DNA of 64,000 nt from an uncultured Candidatus Saccharibacteria bacterium (GCA_964559915.1 CAZLJP010000003.1:17870-81869); one strand, 5' to 3'; shown: positions 48,205-57,075, numbered from the stretch's first letter. Translations and numbers: made by a program. The notes: a model not told the origin generated them from the sequence alone.

Positions 48205-49899
48205 CTAGTGCAGTAAGTGGGCTTTGTGCCAGCCCCACCAGCTACCACTAAACATTGCCAGCCCAGAGAGAAGGGCTCCCAGCACCGCCCAGCCAAGTGG
48301 CAGCGATGAAGGAACCTGAATCGTACCGCTTTGAATGCTGCCGAATAATGTTTCGGGGCTGTTGTTCACGACAATACCTACTGATTTCTTGTCTGTACGG
48401 CCGTCGCGGTAATAGACGCGGGCGTTAATGGTGTGATTGCCGTTAGTCATACGCATAGTATCGAGTGCGAATGGCGGTTTTGCTGTTTCATAGACATACG
48501 TTTCTTGGTCGTAATAGACCACTTTGTAGACACCCTCGGCTGCCTGAATATTCATCAGCTCGGGTAGGATATTGGCATACCCGGTATACGGCTGGTCTAT
48601 GATTACGCTCGGCTTGGCTTCTGGGGCAGGGTCGTTGGGAATAACTCCGGAAACGGTGATTTTTATCTGGCTGCTGGCGGTGCCGGCTGGCCCACCACAG
48701 CGCAACACAAAGACCGTGTCGTTTTGCAGCGGTAATGTTTCACTAGTACCCTGCGCCGGCAAATTGTCGCCAATGCCAGGTATGGCGCAGCGACTGATGT
48801 TGGACGATTGCCAGCTCAGCGTTACACGGCTACCCACAGCAGTGGTAGTGGCAGATGCATTGAGCTGTGTGATGGCGGGTACAGGGGCAGATTGACCGTA
48901 ATCAGTGGGCAGGGCCTGGAGCTTTTCCCAGGGGAAATTAACCAATACGCCAGCAGTGCCGCCTGGACCAAGTGCACCAAGATAAGGATTAGCTAAGCCA
49001 CGGGTTGTTAAAGAGATTGGGTTCTCTGCCACGATACCCACTGTGCTGCTATTGTTCCAGATAACAAAGCCATATGTTTGCGCGGCTTTGGCGATAGCCA
49101 CACCCACCGTGCTCAGCCCTAGATTATTTACATTTATACTGGGGTCAAGGCGGAATCGCATACCCTGGGCTGGTGTACCACCAACCGCCCCACCTGATTG
49201 GGTAGCGGGCCAGGTGGAGCCATTAGTTTGCGGCAAGCTTAGACCAATTACATGATTAATATAGCCAGAATTAATGTCATTTTGGTTGAGCTGGCCAGCC
49301 AAAGTGGCAAGACCGCTACTTGAGAGTCCGTAAGGGCTCGGAAACACGCCATCTGTACCTGTAGATGTTCGGCCACCATCACAAGCTTGCCACTGGCTGC
49401 TGACGTTGGTCATATGGCCAAATTCCCAAACAGTACCGCTACTGGGCTGGTAGACAATCATGGAACCCTCAGCGCTGGGTACGGCATAGAAGGGTATTGG
49501 TACTGCCTGCCACTGTGCAGCCAAATCGGGCAAAATACCATGGCCACAATCATATGGCAGTACTGTTACTGTAGAGGCATTGGGCTCGGCTACATATACT
49601 GGGGATGAGCCAGTACTGGTGCTAAAACTTGCGCCATACTGGCCAACCTGACGAGTGATATCTGATACAAGAGCGGCAGATTGTGGGTGCAGTGAAGTGT
49701 AGGCAGGTACAGAAGCATTCCAGAAACTACTGGGAGCAAAGTTACTGACCGCTGCCTGAGCTGGACGAATTGCCAGTGGGGAAAAGATAGTCAGGGCCAA
49801 TGAACCTAAGAATGTCAGTGCTACAAGTGCAGTCAGCGCGCCAAAGTGGACCGCGTGAACGGCTCGGTGCCAGTGGGGAAGGTGAATATGGTTTTGCAT
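48205..49899 (-). CDS. Hypothetical large surface/secreted protein (564 aa) with N-terminal anchor and C-terminal TM
   Basis: N-terminus FGALTALVALTFLGSLALTIF, C-terminus LGWAVLGALLSGLAMFSGSWWGW, Gly/Ser/Thr-rich middle. Confidence 0.6.
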   Translation of the reverse strand: MQNHIHLPHWHRAVHAVHFGALTALVALTFLGSLALTIFSPLAIRPAQAAVSNFAPSSFWNASVPAYTSLHPQSAALVSDITRQVGQYGASFSTSTGSSPVYVAEPNASTVTVLPYDCGHGILPDLAAQWQAVPIPFYAVPSAEGSMIVYQPSSGTVWEFGHMTNVSSQWQACDGGRTSTGTDGVFPSPYGLSSSGLATLAGQLNQNDINSGYINHVIGLSLPQTNGSTWPATQSGGAVGGTPAQGMRFRLDPSINVNNLGLSTVGVAIAKAAQTYGFVIWNNSSTVGIVAENPISLTTRGLANPYLGALGPGGTAGVLVNFPWEKLQALPTDYGQSAPVPAITQLNASATTTAVGSRVTLSWQSSNISRCAIPGIGDNLPAQGTSETLPLQNDTVFVLRCGGPAGTASSQIKITVSGVIPNDPAPEAKPSVIIDQPYTGYANILPELMNIQAAEGVYKVVYYDQETYVYETAKPPFALDTMRMTNGNHTINARVYYRDGRTDKKSVGIVVNNSPETLFGSIQSGTIQVPSSLPLGWAVLGALLSGLAMFSGSWWGWHKAHLLH

Positions 49900-50115
49900 C
49901 TTTATTTTTTAAGAACTACCTACAGCGTAGCACAAGAGTAAGAGTTTCGCACTTGAGACTCAGATTCAATTTCTCTCTGAGAAACGGACCGAGCCGTACA
50001 AAAAAGTACGGTGAAGGGAGTATCGGAAGAGAAAATTGGGTATGAGGCCAAGAATCCGGTAGAGTTTCTGGCTCCGCCAGAAAGCAGACCGGATGGTGTG
50101 AAACTCGTAAGGTGG

Positions 50116-50145
50116 TAAACAAAAACCCGCCTACGAGAGGCGGGT
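50116..50145 (-). terminator. Intrinsic terminator of the RRM gene
   Basis: Minus strand reads ACCCGCCT-CTCGT-AGGCGGGT followed by TTTTGTTT. Confidence 0.7.
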
Positions 50146-50167
50146 GATTGATGCAAAAGCTAGTAGA

Positions 50168-50476
50168 TTACCAGCTGCGGCTGCCACCGCCACCACCGCC
50201 ACCACCGAATGAACGGTTTTCGCGTGGCTGCTGTGGGCGAGCCTCAGAGACTACAACAGCACGGCCGCCGAGTTCTTTGCCATTAAGCTGGTCAACAGCT
50301 GCTTTGGCCTCTTCGTCGGTTTCGTACTCTACAAAACCAAAGCCTTTTGAGCGGTTGGTTTCGCGGTCCATGATTACTTTTGCTGATACTACGTTACCAG
50401 CAGCCTTGAAGAATTCTTCAAGCTCCTCGTCACGTACTGAGTAGGCTAATGAGCCTACAAATAGTTTAGCTGCCAT
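50168..50476 (-). CDS. RRM-type RNA-binding protein with Gly-rich tail
   Basis: RNP-2 KLFVGSL, RNP-1 KGFGFVEY, C-terminal GGGGGGG. Start set at MAAKLFV. Confidence 0.85.
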   Translation of the reverse strand: MAAKLFVGSLAYSVRDEELEEFFKAAGNVVSAKVIMDRETNRSKGFGFVEYETDEEAKAAVDQLNGKELGGRAVVVSEARPQQPRENRSFGGGGGGGGSRSW

Positions 50477-50699
50477 TTTGGGCATACTCCTCATATAACT
50501 TTCTCTGAGGTAGGATGACCTAGCTGCTCCTCAAACGAAACGATTTTACTAACTCTAGAACACTTAGCAGCTATATCTAGTAGCCTAACCATAACACTTT
50601 TCACAACAATTCACAATGATTTATCTCTAGACGGCCAGAACAGAAGTGCTATGCTGAACTTGTCTATCGTCCCAACGAGATTCCCTGAGGAGGTGAACC

Positions 50700-51422
50700 A
50701 TGGGCACCACGATAGCGTTCCTTCAGGAACAAGCGCAACACTTTCTGAGTGGAGGTGCAGGCACAATTGCTGGTAAGCTCATCGGTAGCGTAGCTGGCAT
50801 TCTGTTGTTAGCAAAGGTCTTGCAGGCAACATTTTATGTTGTAAAGACAGGCGAACGTGGCGTGTTACTACGCAATGGACAGCCAATCATGCGACGCAAC
50901 GGTACCTACAAGGTTCGCGGCCCAGGAATCGGAATCAAAATCCCTGGTTACCACGGCATTGAAAAGGTAAATGTGCAGGAGCAGTCCCAACGTCTGCCCG
51001 ACATCATCGCTGAATGCGCTGATGGTCAGTACAGACTGGAGATTGACCTGGTGTTCAAATTCCTGTGCGAAGAGGATAATCCGTTGTTCAAGGATTTTCC
51101 GGCACTGACGGTCATCAAGACCAAGGAGCCCGCCCAGGTGTTCATCAGTCGCTGTGGACGTGCTGCACGTATGGCCATCGAGTCGTGTTCGAGCAGTGCT
51201 CAACGCAATGACAGCAGCCGGTTGCTCAAGAAGACCAATGCCGTCGTTGGCAGAAAGCTTCACAAGCGCGGTCTCAAGCTGCTGGAAGTCAACATCATCA
51301 GTTGTTCCCGGACTCCAATCCAGGTTGCAGCCGATAAGTTTGGCCCCAGCGAACCGTCAAATGTTGCTGCCTTGCCGCATCCGATTGTCACGACGACAGC
51401 CTTTAACGAGGGTGTCGCCTAA
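50700..51422 (+). CDS. SPFH/band-7-like protein
   Basis: N-terminal TM followed by YVVKTGERGVLLRNG, typical of the start of an SPFH domain. GAGGAGG RBS. Confidence 0.6.
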   Translation: MGTTIAFLQEQAQHFLSGGAGTIAGKLIGSVAGILLLAKVLQATFYVVKTGERGVLLRNGQPIMRRNGTYKVRGPGIGIKIPGYHGIEKVNVQEQSQRLPDIIAECADGQYRLEIDLVFKFLCEEDNPLFKDFPALTVIKTKEPAQVFISRCGRAARMAIESCSSSAQRNDSSRLLKKTNAVVGRKLHKRGLKLLEVNIISCSRTPIQVAADKFGPSEPSNVAALPHPIVTTTAFNEGVA

Positions 51423-51437
51423 ATTCCTGAAGGCTTA

Positions 51438-51490
51438 GCCCTCGTTCCCAATGAATTCACCTATACGGTGGAAACAACGGGAACGAGGGC
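51438..51490. terminator. 12-bp perfect inverted repeat between convergent SPFH and ino1 genes
   Basis: GCCCTCGTTCCC (51438-51449) and GGGAACGAGGGC (51479-51490), 29-nt loop, no clear U-tract. Confidence 0.5.
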
Positions 51491-51507
51491 ATTAACTTTT
51501 ATAGACT

Positions 51508-52686
51508 TTATACGATAGCTGGTTCTTTGATTTCAGCAGGAGCAGCCTGCTCACCGTGAAAGATGTTCTCGCGCTTGGTCACAACCGTCGTTTCTCGTCG
51601 AGCAATGGCTTCGCACTCGGCCATGGCATCCTTGAACTTCATCTGATACTTAGGGCTCTTCTGCGTAAAGGCGCTGGGACCATTGATAGTGCCAATCATG
51701 CCCATTTCGCGTGCTACTTGCAGGTAACGTATGGCGTCAACCACTACACCAGCAGAGTTTTCGCTGTCTTGGACAGACAATTTAGCATCGATAGTAATCG
51801 GCGCATCGCCAAAGCCGCGCAGGCGGATGTTGAGATAAGCCACCTTGTTATCTTCAAGATATGGGATAAAGGTGCTTGGGCCAGCAAAGAGGCTGTCTTT
51901 GGCCAGTGGAATATCACGGATATCATTCTGAGCACGAATGACGTTCTCTTTTGACTTCTTCTTGCTAGCAAGTCGTGATTGGACCATCATATTATTAAAG
52001 TCAGTGTTGCCACCGATGTTAATTTGCTGGTGAAAATCCACTTCAGCACCGCGGTCAAAGGCTAATTCTTGTAGCATCTGTGACAGCACACTGGCGCCAA
52101 CCTGGCTACGCATGTCGTCACCGATAATTGGCAATTTTGCATCAATAAACTTCTGTTCCCACACCGGGTCACTGGCAATAAATACCGGGATACAGTTCAC
52201 CACAGCCACGCCAGCATCGATAGCGGCTTGCATGTAAAATTCGGTGGCTTTTTGTGAGCCAACAGGCAAGTAATTAACCAGAATCTGGGCGCCGCTGTCC
52301 TTCAGAACCTGTACGACATCAACAGGGGCTTTGTCCGCTACGCGGAAGCCACGGTCGGCGCGCTCGGCCTGCATGTATTCAGAAATGCCATCTAATACTT
52401 CACCCATCTGTACAGTCGGGCCGTCTGGTACATCTTTAGCAAAGACACGTGCGCAGTTTGGTTCCTCGAAGATAGCCTGGCCGATGGGCAACCCCACCTT
52501 GCGAGCATCTACATCAAATGCGGCCACGACTTCGATATCACCTAAGGTATATCCACCGATATCAGCAAACATAACACCCGGGATTTTGTCTCCGGTAGAG
52601 TTCTTGTAGTAGGCGAGTCCTTGATAGATTGCTGAGGCGCAGTTACCGACGCCTACGATGGCGACCTTTATAGAATTTTTAGACAT
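51508..52686 (-). CDS. ino1: myo-Inositol-1-phosphate synthase
   Basis: 392 aa. N-terminal NAD site KVAIVGVGNCASA and overall bacterial/archaeal MIPS pattern (GDDMRSQVGAS, SKKKSKE region). Confidence 0.85.
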   Translation of the reverse strand: MSKNSIKVAIVGVGNCASAIYQGLAYYKNSTGDKIPGVMFADIGGYTLGDIEVVAAFDVDARKVGLPIGQAIFEEPNCARVFAKDVPDGPTVQMGEVLDGISEYMQAERADRGFRVADKAPVDVVQVLKDSGAQILVNYLPVGSQKATEFYMQAAIDAGVAVVNCIPVFIASDPVWEQKFIDAKLPIIGDDMRSQVGASVLSQMLQELAFDRGAEVDFHQQINIGGNTDFNNMMVQSRLASKKKSKENVIRAQNDIRDIPLAKDSLFAGPSTFIPYLEDNKVAYLNIRLRGFGDAPITIDAKLSVQDSENSAGVVVDAIRYLQVAREMGMIGTINGPSAFTQKSPKYQMKFKDAMAECEAIARRETTVVTKRENIFHGEQAAPAEIKEPAIV

Positions 52687-52808
52687 TAAGTATGTTACCT
52701 TCCGTTACTGAACCATCCTACTCTATAGAAGTATATAAATCCAATATATCGTATATATAGTATGATAAATAATAGTTATGTATCATGTAGTGAGCCCTTG
52801 ATTGCATT

Positions 52809-53102
52809 ATGTTCTATGTATACGTATTACAATCCGAAGTAAAAAACCGACTCTATATAGGTAAGACGTCTGATTTGAGGCGCCGCGTGAAGGAACATAA
52901 TGCAGGTCAAAATGCTTCCAGCAAACCATACGTGCCCTGGGAAGTAATATTCTATGAAGCCTACACTAGACAATCTGACGCCAGTCGACGTGAAAAGTAT
53001 CTCAAGACTACCCAGGGCCACCAAGCACTAAAGCGTATGCTAAAGGACTACTTTAAAGACTACCCAGACAAGCATTTTGAGTATCAAGGATCTACTACGT
53101 GA
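52809..53102 (+). CDS. GIY-YIG domain protein (small, stand-alone)
   Basis: FYVYVLQSEVKNRLYIGKTSDLRRRVKEHN contains the GIY/YIG elements. Confidence 0.75.
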   Translation: MFYVYVLQSEVKNRLYIGKTSDLRRRVKEHNAGQNASSKPYVPWEVIFYEAYTRQSDASRREKYLKTTQGHQALKRMLKDYFKDYPDKHFEYQGSTT

Positions 53103-53959
53103 TGGATGACCGTCTACAAAAATTTGCACGACTCGTAGAAACTGGCAGTTTTACTAAAGCTGCTGGACTGTTGCATATATCTCAACCCGCACTCTCGATA
53201 GCAATAGAGAAGCTAGAGCGAGAAATCGGCACGGAGCTGGTAGTACGGAGCCATAAAAAACTGGAAATTACAGAGGCGGGCAAGCTCGTCTACCAATCAG
53301 CTCTCGACCAACTGAATATTGCCGACCAACTACAAACAAACTTAATCCGGCTGGCCAGAAAGCGGCCTCAGATATATATAGGTATGACTGACAATATCGC
53401 CAGTCGCTTGTGCACTACTGAGGCATTCGAACAGCTAGAGAGTCGTAGTGATGTTACATTGGTAGTGAACAATTCGCGCTATCTTCGTGAAGCGGTACAC
53501 CAACGGCAGCTGGATATCGCCTACGTAATCGATGACGGCACCGAGCATCCACCACTAACAAGCGTAGCGGCAGGCAATGAGGAACTGCTATTGGTATGCC
53601 ATCCCTCGGTGGCAGAAGAGGCAAATAATAATTTTAGTCTTGGCAAACTGCGTAATTTCATCTGTTATGACAAACCCTCTACGACCTATGGCCATATCTG
53701 GCGCACCCTTCGGGCTGCTAATATCAAACCACACACGACATTGTTATCTAGTAGTCCTGATGTAATGCTACGAATGGTCTTGCGGGGCAAAGGTATAGCT
53801 GCTTTGCCCGCATTGCTCGTGCAAGAATACCTGGAACGTGACGAGCTTGCTGTAGTACCAATAGTTATTCAATTACCTGTCAGTCGTGTGGAGCTAGCAG
53901 GAAAAGTACATGCCCCCGTACTACGAGATTTCATCGAAAGTATAGAATCTACCAAATAA
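53099..53959 (+). CDS. LysR-family transcriptional regulator
   Basis: HTH FTKAAGLLHISQPALSIAIEKLE plus a substrate-binding domain. 4-nt overlap with the GIY-YIG gene. Confidence 0.85.
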   Translation: MMDDRLQKFARLVETGSFTKAAGLLHISQPALSIAIEKLEREIGTELVVRSHKKLEITEAGKLVYQSALDQLNIADQLQTNLIRLARKRPQIYIGMTDNIASRLCTTEAFEQLESRSDVTLVVNNSRYLREAVHQRQLDIAYVIDDGTEHPPLTSVAAGNEELLLVCHPSVAEEANNNFSLGKLRNFICYDKPSTTYGHIWRTLRAANIKPHTTLLSSSPDVMLRMVLRGKGIAALPALLVQEYLERDELAVVPIVIQLPVSRVELAGKVHAPVLRDFIESIESTK

Positions 53960-53980
53960 AAAACGCCACCGGTGGTGACG
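53958..53980. terminator. Terminator hairpin downstream of the tRNA 3' fragment (also follows lysR)
   Basis: Minus strand reads CGTCACCACCGGTGGCG followed by TTTTTT. Confidence 0.55.
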
Positions 53981-53988
53981 TACTTTAT

Positions 53989-54008
53989 TTGGTGAACCCG
54001 GCAGGAGT
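53989..54008 (-). repeat. Duplicate of the tRNA-Arg 3' end (20 nt)
   Basis: TTGGTGAACCCGGCAGGAGT is identical to 54156-54175. Confidence 0.75.
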
Positions 54009-54120
54009 ATAGCGCCTTCGCGCATATAATCTGCGGTCTTTCTCGGAGCAAGCTCCTGCGAGAGCCCTTGATTATCGACCTGTGGGGTCGCAGGTTCGAG
54101 AATTCGCTAACGAATTCCAC

Positions 54121-54148
54121 AAATTCAAAAGCCCCTCTTTCGAGGGGC
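54121..54148 (-). terminator. Intrinsic terminator of tRNA-Arg
   Basis: Minus strand reads GCCCCTC-GAAA-GAGGGGC followed by TTTTGAATTT, 8 nt after the tRNA CCA. Confidence 0.65.
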
Positions 54149-54156
54149 ACTTGAAT

Positions 54157-54233
54157 TGGTGAACCCGGCAGGAGTCGAACCTGCGACCTCTTGTACCGCA
54201 AACAAACGCTCTATCCAGCTGAGCTACGGGTCC
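54157..54233 (-). tRNA. tRNA-Arg (anticodon read as GCG)
   Basis: 77 nt. Acceptor GGACCCG/CGGGTTC, D-arm GCTC-AGCTGGATA-GAGC with A20, anticodon loop TTGCGGT, T-arm GCAGG-TTCGACT-CCTGC, encoded CCA. Confidence 0.85.
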
Positions 54234-54326
54234 ACATTTGGCGATAATTCGCCTCTGAATTATTAACTTTGCATATCGTAGACGCTGGTAGAGCAACGCT
54301 CATAATTATTTCTGGCCTATTGGCCG

Positions 54327-54348
54327 CCAGCTGAGCTACGGGTCCACA
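54327..54348 (-). repeat. Duplicate of the tRNA-Arg 5' end (22 nt including 3 upstream nt)
   Basis: CCAGCTGAGCTACGGGTCCACA is identical to 54215-54236. Confidence 0.75.
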
Positions 54349-54409
54349 ATTCACGTTTTTATACGCGAAACAGAGGCTATCTTAGCACAAATAACAGGTT
54401 AAATCCAGC

Positions 54410-55024
54410 CTAGAACCTAATCTTGCTCATGAGGCGGTCGACGGCGTCTGGCTCTTTGTCCTCGTGCGGGAGATAGCTGCCAAGTGCATTGAGAATTGCA
54501 TCCTCGGATTTGGGGTCATAAAACACTGTGATTGGTGGCAAGAACCGTTTAAGTGGGAGTAATAGTACAGAGGGAAGTGGACCTTCTTCAAGCACAGCAA
54601 ACGACTTAAACTCCTGGAAACTGTAGTGTTTGGTGTCTATTTGTAGGCCATGTGCGTCAATGCTGTAGTTAAGTACTCGTGGGGGGCGAGCTGCAAAGAT
54701 TCCAAAAGCCAGTCCAGCTACACCTACCATACCTGCGGCCATGATGTCCTTGCCGCCAATAAAGTAGATGGTGACAACTAGAGCCGACAGAATAAGGCCG
54801 AGGCCAACAAACCAACCGAGGCCCTTGGTATGTTCGATGTACTCTGAAGCAGTCCAGGATATCGGGCCAGCCGGGACGGAAGCAGGGGCAGGCATGAGCG
54901 CCGCATCATCTGATTCGGCTGTAAAGTTCCAGCTCGTGTCTGCTGGAGTATTCTGGCCGGGTTGTATCACCCGTGGTTCAGTTGGCGTATCTGCCACCGT
55001 ATTTCCCTCATTAAGTATAAGCAT
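54410..55024 (-). CDS. Hypothetical membrane protein (204 aa)
   Basis: Disordered N-terminus, two TM helices, C-terminal globular part. No motif recognised. Confidence 0.55.
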   Translation of the reverse strand: MLILNEGNTVADTPTEPRVIQPGQNTPADTSWNFTAESDDAALMPAPASVPAGPISWTASEYIEHTKGLGWFVGLGLILSALVVTIYFIGGKDIMAAGMVGVAGLAFGIFAARPPRVLNYSIDAHGLQIDTKHYSFQEFKSFAVLEEGPLPSVLLLPLKRFLPPITVFYDPKSEDAILNALGSYLPHEDKEPDAVDRLMSKIRF

Positions 55025-55090
55025 ATTGTACCTTAGAAAGGCCGCCTCGTTCTACTGCTATATTTCAGGGGTAGTATAAAGGGGATATTC

Positions 55091-55099
55091 TGGTATAAT
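55091..55099 (+). promoter_or_regulatory. Extended -10 promoter for tRNA-Ser(GCU)
   Basis: TGGTATAAT ends 17 nt before the tRNA 5' end. Confidence 0.45.
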
Positions 55100-55116
55100 T
55101 TCTCTCTGTTAGCCAC

Positions 55117-55209
55117 GGAGAGGTACCCAAGTGGCTGAAGGGGACGGTTTGCTAAATCGTTAGGGGGGCGAGAGCTCCCGCGAGGGTTCGAATCCCTCTC
55201 TCTCCGCCA
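55117..55209 (+). tRNA. tRNA-Ser (anticodon GCU)
   Basis: Acceptor GGAGAGG/TCTCTCC, anticodon loop TTGCTAA, long variable arm, T-arm GAGGG-TTCGAAT-CCCTC, encoded CCA. Confidence 0.9.
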
Positions 55210-55336
55210 GTTTCTTTTACAAAATATCAAACCAAGCTGTTTATCTGCTGTTTGGGATTTTGAGAGGAAGAAACGACCAAAGGGTGAAAGAAAAGTGATG
55301 TATCACTTTTTGGAAGCCGACCGTCGGTTCTGACGA

Positions 55337-55426
55337 GGAAGGGTGTCCGAGTGGTTGAAGGAAACGGTCTTGAAAACCGTCGTGCCGGCAACGGTACCGA
55401 GGGTTCGAATCCCTCCCCTTCCGCCA
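55337..55426 (+). tRNA. tRNA-Ser (anticodon UGA)
   Basis: Acceptor GGAAGGG/CCCTTCC, anticodon stem ACGGT/ACCGT with loop CTTGAAA, long variable arm, encoded CCA. Confidence 0.9.
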
Positions 55427-55438
55427 GAACTGCATACT

Positions 55439-55460
55439 AGACCCGAATGGGTCTTTTTTA
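55439..55460 (+). terminator. Intrinsic terminator after tRNA-Ser(UGA)
   Basis: AGACCC-GAAT-GGGTCT followed by TTTTTT. Confidence 0.75.
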
Positions 55461-55476
55461 GTATCAAAGCTTCGCT

Positions 55477-56145
55477 TTATTGCTTTTGAGCGAAGGCGGC
55501 GGCGTTTACTTGCTTGGCCCCAGCTTTTTTCAGTACCCTTGCAGCGGCCTCGAGTGTGGCACCGGTAGTAGAGATATCGTCTATAAGAACAACTGTTGTG
55601 CCCTTGAGACTACGGATTGATGCAAGGCCGTAATGAAGCTCGGCTTGTTTGATGCGCTGCGTGCGGGATGCGCCTGTTTGGCGGGTTTGGCCGCGACGCA
55701 CTAACAGGCGAGCAACTTCCAGTCCGCGCCGTTTGGCCAACATACGAGCAATTAATTGTGATTGGTCATAGCCGCGTATGCGTACACGACCTGTGGCAGT
55801 AGGAATGTAGGATAGCACCGTATCTTTGGGCAGGGCAGGCACTGTTGTATCCAGCAAATCAGCCACTAGTGCCGCAGCAGCACGACTCCGCCCAAATTTT
55901 AGCTGATACAGTAGCTTCTGTGCTGGCCCACTGTAGAGTGTATGAACCCAAACATATTTCAATGGGCTATGCCTGCGGCATGTTTGGCAGACGGCATAAT
56001 CAGAACTTAGCGCATGACAGCGGTAGCAACGTTCAGGTATGGGAGATATCGCGTCTATACGGCAGGGCACACAGAGCAGGGAGCCCTCGCTACAGCAAGC
56101 CACACAGCCGTGAGGTGCCAATATGGCGATAAGTCTATCTAGCAT
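55477..56145 (-). CDS. comF: ComF-family protein (phosphoribosyltransferase-like competence protein)
   Basis: N-terminal Cys pairs CVACC..CVPC..CYRC..CQTC and C-terminal VVLIDDISTTGATL. Start moved to MLDRLIA (56145). Confidence 0.8.
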   Translation of the reverse strand: MLDRLIAILAPHGCVACCSEGSLLCVPCRIDAISPIPERCYRCHALSSDYAVCQTCRRHSPLKYVWVHTLYSGPAQKLLYQLKFGRSRAAAALVADLLDTTVPALPKDTVLSYIPTATGRVRIRGYDQSQLIARMLAKRRGLEVARLLVRRGQTRQTGASRTQRIKQAELHYGLASIRSLKGTTVVLIDDISTTGATLEAAARVLKKAGAKQVNAAAFAQKQ

Positions 56146-56367
56146 GAGCCCATAATATTCATTTAGACCGCAACATTCCACACTTGAGCCAATTTGGATT
56201 TGTTTGAGCGGAACGTAAAGGAGCCGTACTAAGGTACGGTGACTACGTACCGTAAGCAAACAAATACGAAGGGGCCAAGAAGTCAGCGGGTCACGAGCTC
56301 CGCTCGAGAGCAGGCTGGCTGGTGGGGGATGTTGTCGATTTTGTGTTGTAAATAGTGCTGGTACCGG

Positions 56368-56397
56368 TTGCACCCCTGTGCATATCTAAGCTATACT
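56368..56397 (+). promoter_or_regulatory. Candidate promoter for the hsp20 gene
   Basis: TTGCAC, 18 nt, TATACT, about 100 nt before the ATG (GGAGGG RBS). Confidence 0.45.
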
Positions 56398-56496
56398 GAT
56401 GAGTAACAAAAATTGCAAACGCTTCTTCTGCGAGGCCCCTACATTTAGAGGATGAAGAACATAAACCTGAATTAATTTGGTTGGAGGGTAACAACT

Positions 56497-56967
56497 ATGG
56501 CGCGACGCAGCCGCGATGAAGATCTGCTAATGGAAGACGAATTAACCGCAGCATTCCTCGGCGAGGATGACCTGCCGACTTCAGACGATCCAGGTCTGCA
56601 AACAGCAGCTCCTGCTGATGAGTGGGATGAGGACGAAGCCGTTCCTGGCCAATTGGCTGTTGATGTATACGAAACCAAGGAGCGCCTAGTCGTAAAGGCT
56701 CGCACCGCTGGTGTAAACAAACACGATCTTGATGTCAGTATCTCTGATAACACGTTGAGCATCCGTGGCACCTTGTCTGCCGGTAACGAAGACGATGTAG
56801 AGAACTACTTTGTTCAGGAATGTTACTGGGGCGAGTTCAGCCGCAGCATCGCACTACCAGTGCCAGTAAAGGAAGATGAAATCGAAGCCGTCCTGAAAGA
56901 TGGTGTCCTGACCATCTCATTCACTAAGCTGAAGCAAGATACTGTTAAGAAGATTCAGATCCTGTAG
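56497..56967 (+). CDS. Hsp20/alpha-crystallin small heat-shock protein
   Basis: AVDVYETKERLVVKARTAGV..LSIRG..DGVLTISF alpha-crystallin core. Confidence 0.9.
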   Translation: MARRSRDEDLLMEDELTAAFLGEDDLPTSDDPGLQTAAPADEWDEDEAVPGQLAVDVYETKERLVVKARTAGVNKHDLDVSISDNTLSIRGTLSAGNEDDVENYFVQECYWGEFSRSIALPVPVKEDEIEAVLKDGVLTISFTKLKQDTVKKIQIL

Positions 56968-57075
56968 TAGACTTTTGCGTTGTCCGCTTTGACGGACAGT
57001 TACCTGGACACTTGGCCAAGAAAGTCGCAAAAGCTCACTACGGGACAGATTCTCTAAGAGAAATCTTGAGCAAAT

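Noticed and set aside
52792-54073. 12-nt direct repeat GAGCCCTTGATT (52792-52803 and 54062-54073) bracketing the GIY-YIG and LysR genes, as possible att sites or a target-site duplication.
   Set aside because: Exact 12-mer matches are expected many times by chance in 64 kb (order 10^2 pairs under uniform composition). No integrase or transposase is present. Kept only as a remark under the tRNA-Arg finding.
56146-56373. A 76-codon upstream extension of comF (track start 56373).
   Set aside because: There is no ComF-like sequence before the first Cys pair. ComF homologs start close to the zinc-finger motifs. The region is more likely non-coding (see findings).
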